Below, in pieces: positions 23,632 to 31,863 of a stretch of 32,000 bases of DNA. Made by a program: the position numbers and the translations under genes. The DNA lies in the NCBI RefSeq assembly GCF_000025505.1, contig NC_013849.1:1080001-1112000 (forward strand). The letters run 5' to 3'. The DNA is from Ferroglobus placidus DSM 10642 (GTDB lineage: Archaea > Halobacteriota > Archaeoglobi > Archaeoglobales > Archaeoglobaceae). Under the pieces are notes generated by a model that did not search any database, was not told where the DNA came from, and saw only the letters and a list, made by a program, of their open reading frames with translations. Each line of letters opens with the position of its first letter. The stretch's first letter is position 1.

Positions 23632-24490
23632 GGGGGTAATTCCAGCTCTGGTAACCCCCTTTAAGGAGAACTTCGAAGTGGACTTTGAAGGGATAGCAAA
23701 GAACCTCGATTACCTTGAGAAGTACGTCGACGCGGTAGTTCCTGCTGGAACTACTGGAGAAGCGGCAACGTTGAGCCACGAAGAACACGTTGAGGTAATA
23801 AAATACGTATGCGAAGTAGCTAAAAAGCCGGTTATAGCCGGAGCCGGATCCAACTCTACAAGAGAAGCTCTATTCTTGGCTAAAGAGGCTGAAAAAGCTG
23901 GAGCAGAAGCTGTTATGCTCGTAACTCCATACTACAACAAGCCCAACGCTGAGGGGTTGTATAAGCATTACAAAGCTGTAGCTGAGGAGATATCAATTCC
24001 GATTCTCGTTTACAACGTTCCAAGCAGAACCGGAATAAACACGACTCCAGACGTTGTCGAGAGACTTGCGAGTATAGAAAGGGTTGTGGGAATTAAAGAA
24101 GCGAGCGGGAACTTGAAGCAGGTGGCTGAGATAATAAGAAGACTCGGAGACGAGTTCATCGTCTTATCCGGAGACGACTTCATGACTTTGCCGATACTTT
24201 TGCTCGGAGGAAAGGGAGTTATAAGCGTCGCTGCAAACGTCGCTCCAAAGCTTATGAAGGAGATGTACGAGGCTTTCAAGTCCGGAAACGTTGAAAAAGC
24301 AAGAGAACTGCACTACAAACTCATGCCACTGTTTGAGGCTCTTTTCATCGACACGAATCCTATTCCGGTGAAAAAAGCCCTCGAGCTTATGGGGCTTCCG
24401 GCAGGGAAGCCGAGGCTGCCTCTTGTCGAATTAAGCGAAGAAAAGACTGAAAAACTCAAAAAAGTTCTTGAAAGCTTGCAGCTAATCTAA
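23624..24490 (+). CDS. dapA: 4-hydroxy-tetrahydrodipicolinate synthase
   Basis: Supporting motifs are GVIPALVTPF, VPAGTTGEAATLSHEEH, GAGSNSTREA, VTPYYNKP, YNVPSRTG and IVGIKEASGN (active-site Lys). The gene overlaps the rps17e stop by 8 nt. Confidence 0.93.
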   Translation: MFEGVIPALVTPFKENFEVDFEGIAKNLDYLEKYVDAVVPAGTTGEAATLSHEEHVEVIKYVCEVAKKPVIAGAGSNSTREALFLAKEAEKAGAEAVMLVTPYYNKPNAEGLYKHYKAVAEEISIPILVYNVPSRTGINTTPDVVERLASIERVVGIKEASGNLKQVAEIIRRLGDEFIVLSGDDFMTLPILLLGGKGVISVAANVAPKLMKEMYEAFKSGNVEKARELHYKLMPLFEALFIDTNPIPVKKALELMGLPAGKPRLPLVELSEEKTEKLKKVLESLQLI

Positions 24491-25417
24491 CAAGCTTCTA
24501 TCAATCTCTCTAACGGATTTCGACCCCGTCAAAATCATAATTCTCCTAAGCTCCTCCCTTATAACGCTTAGAAGCTTTTTTACGCCGCTTTCTATCGCTA
24601 AAGCGTAAACTACGGGTCTGCCAATTAGAACGAAATCCGCCCCGTAGGCGAGAGCTTTGAAAACGTCAGTTCCGTACCTAAATCCGCTGTCAACTCCCGT
24701 TGTCACCATCTTCTCTATATCATCGAGGACTTCGAGGGGAGAAACAGCCGAATCCAGAACTCTTCCTCCGTGGTTCGAAATAACGACGACGTCGCTGAAA
24801 TTTGCAGCCAAATAATAGTCTTTTTCGCTGAGAACGCCTTTGACGACGAAGGGTAGCTTAGTTGTCGAAGCCAGATCCTCAAGCTCCCTTCTGCTCAACG
24901 GCTTAGTTCCACCGTAGGAGAGGACATTGTGCTTAACTTTAACCCCCGCAGCCGAGTCGATGTCTACCCCAACTGCGAGAGCTTTAGTCTTTTCCGCCCT
25001 CTCTATTTCCTCGTATATCTTTTTTCTATTCTCCAGGGGTTTGATTATCCACACGAAAGGTTTCTCAAATTTCTCAACCTCATCCTGTATCGGATAGCCT
25101 ATCCACGGAACGACTCCGGCTTCCCAAGACTCGTTTATTATCCTCTCAAAGCACCTTTCATCAACAGCTTTTACCAGCCCGGAAAGCGGAGCGGGCATTA
25201 CGGGAAGAGAAATTTTTCTTCCGAGAAACACCGTCTCAAGCTCAACACTCTCTACATCGTTTATCGCATTCATCCTAATTCCTATAGAGTCCAGAAACTC
25301 CCTGTTTCTCTTTACTGTCAACCCCCTCTCAGTTCCTCCTTCCAAAACGTCTAAGTTTATTTTCCTCCTTCTGAGTACTTTCTTGGCTTCGGAAATTATT
25401 TCGTCCACGCTCTTCAT
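24482..25417 (-). CDS. FMN-dependent alpha-hydroxy-acid dehydrogenase/oxidase family protein (short form)
   Basis: FVVKGVLSEKDYYLAANFSDVVVISNHGGRVLD matches the family KG(V/I)...SNHGGRQLD catalytic segment. GADFVLIGRP is also present. At 311 aa the protein is shorter than the roughly 380 aa typical of the family. Confidence 0.72.
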   Translation of the reverse strand: MKSVDEIISEAKKVLRRRKINLDVLEGGTERGLTVKRNREFLDSIGIRMNAINDVESVELETVFLGRKISLPVMPAPLSGLVKAVDERCFERIINESWEAGVVPWIGYPIQDEVEKFEKPFVWIIKPLENRKKIYEEIERAEKTKALAVGVDIDSAAGVKVKHNVLSYGGTKPLSRRELEDLASTTKLPFVVKGVLSEKDYYLAANFSDVVVISNHGGRVLDSAVSPLEVLDDIEKMVTTGVDSGFRYGTDVFKALAYGADFVLIGRPVVYALAIESGVKKLLSVIREELRRIMILTGSKSVREIDRSLLD

Positions 25418-25487
25418 CGGGAGTAAACAAGATCGAAAGTACTAAAGGTTAACCCCAAAATTTAACATCCTTCCAATTCCTCATAAA

Positions 25488-26408
25488 ATGGGGATGGAAG
25501 TGATTAACCCAAAGATTTTGCTCGAATTCGCAACGGCGAACATGAGAAAAAGCGGAACTCCGGTGGGTTTGTTGAAAGAAGAGGTGAACAGCTGGTGGGA
25601 GGGATTCGAGATTAAAAGAGAAGGTGAGTGGTTTTTCTTCACCGGACTACTTTACCAGCTGACTCCGTATATTGAAAAAACTGTGGAAAAGATCGAAATT
25701 CTCGAGAAATTGAAAATGGATGGCTTGATTCGATTTTCAAAGTTCGCACCGAGCAAAATCTTGAAATTTTTCGCGTCTCCAAAGAAGGAAAGGATTGCCG
25801 AAACAAAAAACATCGTAAGGAGCATTTACAAACTCCTTGAGAGAGCCGGGATAAATGTTTGGTACGATCCAGAACTTGATTTCTACAGCGGAGTGCTCCT
25901 CTACGAGTTGGGTGAAGAAGAGAAATTCGAAAAACATGCCAAGCTCGTGATTGAAAGTCTCGAAAAAGCTGGAGTGAAAAAGATAGTCACAATCGACCCC
26001 CACACAACTTATGCGTTAAAGCACCTCTATCCCGAGAACACCTTTGAAGTTGCAAGCTACATAGAACTCGTGAAAGATTTGAAGGGAAATGTTAAAGAAG
26101 AGGTCGTTATCCACGACCCCTGCTACTACTCGAGGTATTTAAAGCTTTACGAGGACGTAAGGGAGATTCTGAGCAACTTCGGAATTGCTTATCGCGATGT
26201 GAGAAATTCGAAAGAGCTCACTTCCTGCTGCGGAGGTCCCGTAGAAGGGTTGTCTGCAAGAGTGGCTAAAGAAGTTGCTAAGCTTAGAGTTAACGAGCTC
26301 GGAAGGGAAAAAATAGTTACCTCATGCCCCATTTGCGTGTCAAATCTGAGAAGAGCAGGAGGAAACGTTGTCGATTTAGCTCAGCTAATCTCTAAAGAAA
26401 ACTTTTGA
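25488..26408 (+). CDS. Cysteine-rich CCG-domain Fe-S protein (HdrD/GlpC/LutA-like)
   Basis: The C-terminal Cys pattern is HDPCYYSRY ... TSCCGGPVEG ... VTSCPICVSNLR (CxnCCGxnCxxC). The gene is divergent from the FMN-dependent dehydrogenase gene. Confidence 0.7.
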   Translation: MGMEVINPKILLEFATANMRKSGTPVGLLKEEVNSWWEGFEIKREGEWFFFTGLLYQLTPYIEKTVEKIEILEKLKMDGLIRFSKFAPSKILKFFASPKKERIAETKNIVRSIYKLLERAGINVWYDPELDFYSGVLLYELGEEEKFEKHAKLVIESLEKAGVKKIVTIDPHTTYALKHLYPENTFEVASYIELVKDLKGNVKEEVVIHDPCYYSRYLKLYEDVREILSNFGIAYRDVRNSKELTSCCGGPVEGLSARVAKEVAKLRVNELGREKIVTSCPICVSNLRRAGGNVVDLAQLISKENF

Positions 26409-27159
26409 GGACTTCGTAATCGAAAATTACGTCTTCCTTACTTAAATCGTTTTTCTCCGAATCTCTCCAAAACGTTTCGATGGTGTAGTGTTCGGCTTTG
26501 AGGTGGCTAAAAATAAACTGGAAATCCAACTTTCCTCTCTTCAGAGAGATGTGATCCACCCTCTTTTCAGGCTCACAGTCGTGGACGTGGCAGACGAGAA
26601 TTCTATCTCCGAATTCGGCAACGAACTTTCTAAGCTCGTCCTCGAAATTCTTTTTGTTTGCCAAGGCGAAGTGTCCTATATCGAAGCAAATTCTCAGACC
26701 GTCAACCAGAAATTTTTCGTCGAAATTCCTGTCGTATTCAAGGCATGCGTGGAATCCGTACTCCTCGGACTTGCTTAAGATGAATTCGCAAGCTTTTCTG
26801 CCATTCTCCAGAATTTTCCTCTTCACTCTATCGAACTCCCTCGTCGGAGAGAAATAGGTGACGTGGAAGTTGTAGTAGAGGGTTTCGAATTTCGACGCAA
26901 AATCCAAACACCTCTCCACAACTTTCAGACTCACCTCGAAAATTTCATCCCTCGGCTGAGCTATGAATACATCGAGGGGCGAATGAAAAGAGATGTTCAT
27001 TTCGTAAGAGGAGAGCAAATCTTTCAGCGCTTTCGAATTTAGCTCATCCGGGAACGGATAGTCCAAAGAGAGTTCCACGTACTCGTACCCCACTTCTCTT
27101 AAAAGTTCGAGTTTCCTGTTCAAAGGAAAATCACCGTACCACACGAGCCTCCCTATCAC
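26392..27159 (-). CDS. Xylose-isomerase-like TIM-barrel protein (sugar phosphate isomerase/epimerase, AP endonuclease 2 superfamily)
   Basis: The spacing of conserved segments is YVELSLD, ISFHSPL, YYNFHV, ACLEYD, ICFDIGHF and VCHVHDC. This is consistent with the E/D/H/E metal-ligand pattern of the fold. Confidence 0.65.
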   Translation of the reverse strand: MIGRLVWYGDFPLNRKLELLREVGYEYVELSLDYPFPDELNSKALKDLLSSYEMNISFHSPLDVFIAQPRDEIFEVSLKVVERCLDFASKFETLYYNFHVTYFSPTREFDRVKRKILENGRKACEFILSKSEEYGFHACLEYDRNFDEKFLVDGLRICFDIGHFALANKKNFEDELRKFVAEFGDRILVCHVHDCEPEKRVDHISLKRGKLDFQFIFSHLKAEHYTIETFWRDSEKNDLSKEDVIFDYEVLKSFL

Positions 27160-27231
27160 GAAAGATCAATTTCCCTACGAAATTAATCTTTTCCGTTAAT
27201 TTATTATACGCCAGATGAAAAATAAAATTGG

Positions 27232-27681
27232 ATGAGTTTGACAAAGAAGCTTGCAATACTTGCGGTAATTTTAGGAATTTTATTCGTTCTGACGAACTTA
27301 AAGAGTGACGAGGAGTTAAAACTCGTGAACTCCATCGAAGGGGAAAAAGCTGTCGAGTTAATCAAAAGAATTCACGAAGGAGAGTTCGAAATCGTAAGTG
27401 GGAGAATTCTCGAATACGAAGGGAAAGGAAAGGTAAGAGTTTGGATCGCTGAAGTTGAATCGGAGGCTCTCGCAGAAAAGTACGTCGAAGAAATGGCTTC
27501 AAAAGTTTCCAAGTACTTCAGCAAACCGGTTTATTTGGAAAACTTAAAAGCTTACAGAGTTTACGGGATGGGCAGAGTGCACTACTTTTTCTCCGCCAAT
27601 TCTTCCGTCGTATGGGTTGAGTTCGAAAATCGAGATGAGAAGTACCACTTCGAAGTTTTGAAAAAGCTGTTCTTCAGCTAA
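27232..27681 (+). CDS. N-terminally anchored or secreted protein (149 aa); function unknown
   Basis: A TTTATTATA box (27200-27208) is centred about 28 nt upstream of the ATG, giving leaderless geometry. The signal anchor is LAILAVILGILFVL. I recognise no family. Confidence 0.55.
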   Translation: MSLTKKLAILAVILGILFVLTNLKSDEELKLVNSIEGEKAVELIKRIHEGEFEIVSGRILEYEGKGKVRVWIAEVESEALAEKYVEEMASKVSKYFSKPVYLENLKAYRVYGMGRVHYFFSANSSVVWVEFENRDEKYHFEVLKKLFFS

Positions 27682-28186
27682 CATCCCTCTTCAACCAGTC
27701 ACTCAGATAAATCCTGTAGGTTTTTCCGAATCTCTCTCTGTAGATAAGATTTTTTTCTTCAAGCTTTTTCACGATCATCGACACCTTCGAAGGCGAGAAA
27801 CCCGTTCTAAAGTGTAGCGAGTCCTGAGTTACGCCCTCATTTTCTCTTATTATCTTAAAAACTTCGAGTTCGTCTCCTTCAAGAAGTTTTTCGACGACGC
27901 TCATCTTGTCATCTTCACACTTCTCTTCAATTTCCGATTTTTCTTCAGATCTCTTAGCTTCAAAGATGCGGAATGCTGAGAACAGTATGAGGACTATTCC
28001 GACTATCGTAAAAATCAAAGGAATCACGGCAAGATAGTAAGGACCCATCATCATGTAGTGGTGGGAGGAGGGAGCGAAAATGAAAGCGACTGCTATTAAA
28101 GCCACTCCGACGATTAGCGTTAATTCCCTTTCCATCAAATTCAGGAGATTTTCAACGTATTTAAGATTTCGCATTAAAAACGACAC
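27674..28186 (-). CDS. Membrane-tethered winged-helix (MarR/ArsR-like) DNA-binding protein
   Basis: Two N-terminal TM helices are present (LTLIVGVALIAVAFIF and YYLAVIPLIFTIVGIVLILF). An acidic linker follows, then the wHTH LEVFKIIRENEGVTQDSLHFRTGFSPSKVSMIVKKLEEKNLIYRERFGKTYRIYL. The start is GTG 28186 or ATG 28174. Confidence 0.7.
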   Translation of the reverse strand: MSFLMRNLKYVENLLNLMERELTLIVGVALIAVAFIFAPSSHHYMMMGPYYLAVIPLIFTIVGIVLILFSAFRIFEAKRSEEKSEIEEKCEDDKMSVVEKLLEGDELEVFKIIRENEGVTQDSLHFRTGFSPSKVSMIVKKLEEKNLIYRERFGKTYRIYLSDWLKRDVS

Positions 28187-28253
28187 AATTTTTAATGAAG
28201 TTTTCGAATAATTTAGGGAGAATAAATATCAGAGTCGGAGAGAAGAATTCAAC

Positions 28254-29204
28254 ATGGGTGTAAGGATTAAACTTAGAAGAGTCGTACAGCTCTCGTTCTT
28301 TTTGTTCTCGATTTACACTTGGTGGAGGTTCTACCTTTTCGTCAAGCATTTTGATGAGGGAACCGAATTCGTTCCCCGCCCCGTTTCCATAGAGGCTTAC
28401 CTTCCGATTGGTGGGCTCGTTTCGATAAAAAACACGCTGCTCAACGGATACATCGATCCCATCCACCCGGCGGCAATGGTCATTCTCTCCGCAATCATAG
28501 TTTCGGCTATATTTCTTAAAAGAGGATTTTGCGGCTGGATATGTCCGGTTGGAACGCTATCCGAAGCTGTCTCGTTTGTAGGAGAGAAGATTCTTCCCCG
28601 AATACGAGTTCCAGAGTTCGTAAAAGTGATAAAGTACGGTCTCATGGCTTTCTTTTTACTTACGGTTTTGATGATGGACAGATACGAAGTCGCTGCCTTC
28701 CTTCAAACGCCCTACTGGGCAATTGCTGATGTTAAACTTCTGGACTTCTGGTTGAATCCGGGAACGCTGACGATAATCGTGACTTCGCTAATAGTTCTCC
28801 TAACCCTTTTTACGAGAAACCTCTGGTGTCGGTACCTGTGTCCTTACGGAGCATTTTTAGCAATTTTCTCTTTCCTTTCAGCATTCAAAATAAGGAAAAC
28901 CAACTGCGTAAATTGTAAAGCCTGCGATAACGTTTGTCCAGCGGGAATCAAGATTAGCGAGAAAAAAGAAGTTAGCTCCCCCGAGTGCATCGCCTGTTAC
29001 GATTGCATAGAGGTTTGCAAAACTAAAGGCTTGTACATGGACTTCCTCGACAAACGGGTGAGAAAAGAGGTTTACGTGGCTGTTTTGCTTGCGATATTAT
29101 TCGGATTCGTTATTGTAGCAAAAGTTACTGGAAACTGGGACTCGGCGTTAACTTACGAGGACTACGAGAGGTTGATGAAGATCAGGAAGTTTGTAACGCA
29201 CTGA
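28254..29204 (+). CDS. NapH/MauN/NosR-type membrane-bound polyferredoxin (4Fe-4S binding protein)
   Basis: The TM-flanking CxxCP motifs are FCGWICPVGT and WCRYLCPYGA. The C-terminal ferredoxin motifs are CVNCKACDNVCP and CIACYDCIEVC. Confidence 0.8.
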   Translation: MGVRIKLRRVVQLSFFLFSIYTWWRFYLFVKHFDEGTEFVPRPVSIEAYLPIGGLVSIKNTLLNGYIDPIHPAAMVILSAIIVSAIFLKRGFCGWICPVGTLSEAVSFVGEKILPRIRVPEFVKVIKYGLMAFFLLTVLMMDRYEVAAFLQTPYWAIADVKLLDFWLNPGTLTIIVTSLIVLLTLFTRNLWCRYLCPYGAFLAIFSFLSAFKIRKTNCVNCKACDNVCPAGIKISEKKEVSSPECIACYDCIEVCKTKGLYMDFLDKRVRKEVYVAVLLAILFGFVIVAKVTGNWDSALTYEDYERLMKIRKFVTH

Positions 29205-29220
29205 GCACGAGGCACCCAGA

Positions 29221-30480
29221 TCATCTAAAGACGTGAAAGTCTTCTTTAAACCCTTCTCTAACGAGGGGTTTGCTGAGGTGCCTTCTTGCAGAGGGAGGAA
29301 CTTCGTAAAACCCCTCTTCGATGTCCCTCTCAACTTCTTTAAGTACTCTGTAGTTCACGACCTTCTTGCACCTCTTGCATCTGAAGCCTTTGCCTCTTCC
29401 TGCACTTTCCATTCTCTTCCCGCACTCGCAGATGGGGTTTTCCTCTATGAAAACCCTTGCCACCTTAACAACTCTGATCTTTTCAAGATTTAGCGTTGCG
29501 TTTTTGTAAGAGCCGTAAACTTCTACCACGTCACCGGGCATAAGCTTTCTCACGACTTTCCTGAACTGCTTAGTAGGTTCAAACGCAGCACACTCAACCT
29601 CGCCAAAGGTTGTTTCTATCTTAAAGAAGACGTGACCTCCCTCTATCTCCCAAGGAAACTCGATTACCTTACCCGTGAGCTTATAGGACCTGAACTCTTT
29701 AAGCTCCCTCACGTCTCCCTCGTCGATTATATGCATGTCCGTTCCCTGATTCGTTATGAAAATTTGATAAAAGTCGTAATCTTCAGCTTCAACGTATCTA
29801 AAAGCTTCAAGGATCTTCTCCAAGCTATCCCCTCTAATTCCAAAGAGGACCGGATCAGGAGAGTTCGGAGCGGCAACGACGACGTTATTTCCCCAGTCGA
29901 CCGTGTCCCAAGTGAAGGGGTAGGTCATTAAATCGGCTAAGAAGAAGCTTTCCTCCACGATTTCCCTTTCCTTTCCAAACCTTTCTCTTTTTCTGTAAAC
30001 GAGAAGTTCCAAAGTTCTGTCCTCCAAAGGCAACCCCACAGAGGCTAAAGCACCTATTAGCCCTCTTCCCTTCTTGTACTTCAAATGAGGGATTAGGTAT
30101 TTCCCGATTATAAATAGAGCTTCATCCAAGCTTACAACGTCCCTCAAAGCTTTAAAAGAAAAATTTTGAAGTTTATCCACCAAATCCTCCCGCACAAAAA
30201 CAACTCCCGGATGGGTGTTTTCGTCATCCAACTCCGCATACTCCTCCACGATTTCCCTGACTATTTCCACAGCTTCCCCGATCTCTCCGTCGACCAGTAT
30301 AGACACTGCCCCATTTCCCCTCGTTTTGTAGGGGATGGTGGGGTTCAACCTTATGAGCCTCGGAAATCCAATGGTTTTCATCCCGGCTTTCTCAAGTTCT
30401 TTGATCACCAAGCTGGCTATGTAAGTCGTGCACATTCCCTTTCTTGAGTCCGTGTCGTCTATCCCAATCCAGAACCTCAT
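29221..30480 (-). CDS. tiaS: tRNA(Ile2) 2-agmatinylcytidine synthetase
   Basis: The N-terminus MRFWIGIDDTDSRKGMCTTYIA is diagnostic of TiaS as recalled. The length is 419 aa. A C-terminal zinc ribbon is present (CECGKRMESAGRGKGFRCKRCKK). Confidence 0.88.
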   Translation of the reverse strand: MRFWIGIDDTDSRKGMCTTYIASLVIKELEKAGMKTIGFPRLIRLNPTIPYKTRGNGAVSILVDGEIGEAVEIVREIVEEYAELDDENTHPGVVFVREDLVDKLQNFSFKALRDVVSLDEALFIIGKYLIPHLKYKKGRGLIGALASVGLPLEDRTLELLVYRKRERFGKEREIVEESFFLADLMTYPFTWDTVDWGNNVVVAAPNSPDPVLFGIRGDSLEKILEAFRYVEAEDYDFYQIFITNQGTDMHIIDEGDVRELKEFRSYKLTGKVIEFPWEIEGGHVFFKIETTFGEVECAAFEPTKQFRKVVRKLMPGDVVEVYGSYKNATLNLEKIRVVKVARVFIEENPICECGKRMESAGRGKGFRCKRCKKVVNYRVLKEVERDIEEGFYEVPPSARRHLSKPLVREGFKEDFHVFR

Positions 30481-31226
30481 GGATGCGGGGACTTTCCGTG
30501 GTAGAGTACGTGAACTAAAGCCTCCGGCAATTCGTACTCTTTTATCCTGTCTTCAACAAGTTTGAAGTCGAAAGAAAACTCTTCAATCCAAACGTCAAGG
30601 TTTCTCGTGTCGATAACCGCAAACGTCGGATCGTCTTCCCTCGAATTCCTTACTCCAGCATTTCCCGGACAAACGACCTTTCCGTGCTGGGTGACTTTTA
30701 TGAAAGGCTCTTTTCCTCCGATTATCTTTATATCCGCTCTTTCGAACTCTTCGATCACCTTATCGTAGTACTCCTCGCTTTTCCAGTGATCCGCTTCCTC
30801 CCCAGTCGGATCGAAGTACGAAACGGAAACCCTCGTATCTCCGAACTTTTCCACAACGTGAAATTCCACTTCGTTCCTTAACCACTTCCTTCCCTCGTGT
30901 CCGAGCATCTCCCAGTTGAATTCGAGCATTTTGTATTCGTACTCAGGTAAATCGTTCTTGATTGCTTCTCTCTCCTCTTCGCTGAGCTCTCCAAACTTTA
31001 TTAGCATTCTGTCGAAGTATCCTCCAACGGGCGTTATCAAATCCGAGTTCTTTATAGCCTTGTAAACTTCCTTTGGGTAGGGCATGTAGCCGAATATCCC
31101 GACTATGTATATCCTCTGCACGTCTCTTCCCTCTTCTCTGTATTTTTCCCTCAGATTTTCGACTCTCGACAACAATTCAGCCAGCGCTTCCATGTTTCCG
31201 TTTAAATTCGAGGCTGCAATTATCAT
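30477..31226 (-). CDS. Metallophosphoesterase-fold (YfcE/MJ0936-like) protein with degenerate metal-binding motifs
   Basis: A GGAGGTG SD lies 5 nt upstream of ATG 31226. MIIAASNLNGNMEALAELL compares with the canonical ..ISD-x-HGN-x-x-AL... The C-terminal VVCPGNAGVRNSREDDPTFAVID compares with the canonical (I/V)NPGS...PR......(Y/F)A(I/V)(L/I). ATGA overlap with the tiaS start. Confidence 0.55.
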   Translation of the reverse strand: MIIAASNLNGNMEALAELLSRVENLREKYREEGRDVQRIYIVGIFGYMPYPKEVYKAIKNSDLITPVGGYFDRMLIKFGELSEEEREAIKNDLPEYEYKMLEFNWEMLGHEGRKWLRNEVEFHVVEKFGDTRVSVSYFDPTGEEADHWKSEEYYDKVIEEFERADIKIIGGKEPFIKVTQHGKVVCPGNAGVRNSREDDPTFAVIDTRNLDVWIEEFSFDFKLVEDRIKEYELPEALVHVLYHGKSPHP

Positions 31227-31302
31227 TCCAACACCTCCAAGGAGATTTTAGATTCGTATTTTAGGGTAAGTATTATATATTTTAGCCTACGAAGCTGCTG
31301 TG

Positions 31303-31863
31303 ATGTATGATGAAAAGTGGTTCAACAACTGGATCGAGAGAATCAAGAGCGAAGAGATCGACTTGGATAACGTCGATACTCTCGAAGTTTTCGATAAGTT
31401 TCTTGAGGATGTCGTAGTAGCGTGCTACAATTTGCTGAGAGCGGTTAAAGAGAGAGAACTGAAAAAGAAGGAAGCCGAAGAAGAGTTAAAGAAAGTGAAG
31501 GAAATGCTGGAAAGGGAAATCGATCTCGGAGACGAGATCAAGAACGACCTATTTACGATGACAAAGGAGAGCGCAAAGCTCGTCGTTAGGGCAGCTGAAA
31601 TTGCTTTGAGCGGAAAAGTGAGCAAGAAGAGCTTTGAAAAGTTGCTCGAAGAAGCTTTAAGGAAGGAAAAAGAAGGGAAAATTGAGGAGGCTTTTGAAAT
31701 TATTGCGATGATGGGGGCGAAAATATTCAGAAACGAGAAGCTTCCGGAAATGGAGTTTCCCGAAGAGTCGGAGCTCTTGGAGTATTTCGACGGTCTCGAT
31801 GCTATAAACACGGTTATTCTCTTAAGCGAGATCGATGCTGGAGAGAGTGAGGAAGAAGGCTAA
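31303..31863 (+). CDS. Acidic helical hypothetical protein (about 186 aa)
   Basis: The ORF track starts at GTG 31300. The adjacent ATG 31303 lies 22 nt downstream of the TATA-like TTATATAT (31273-31280), giving leaderless geometry. The composition is Glu/Lys-rich and helical with an acidic tail. I cannot recognise a family with confidence. Confidence 0.55.
   Translation: MYDEKWFNNWIERIKSEEIDLDNVDTLEVFDKFLEDVVVACYNLLRAVKERELKKKEAEEELKKVKEMLEREIDLGDEIKNDLFTMTKESAKLVVRAAEIALSGKVSKKSFEKLLEEALRKEKEGKIEEAFEIIAMMGAKIFRNEKLPEMEFPEESELLEYFDGLDAINTVILLSEIDAGESEEEG

Noticed and set aside
28161-28466. A 101-aa minus-strand ORF spanning the divergent promoter region and the start of the NapH-like gene.
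   Set aside because: It overlaps both the wHTH gene start and the well-supported NapH-like gene. It has no motifs and would remove the only promoter space for both genes.
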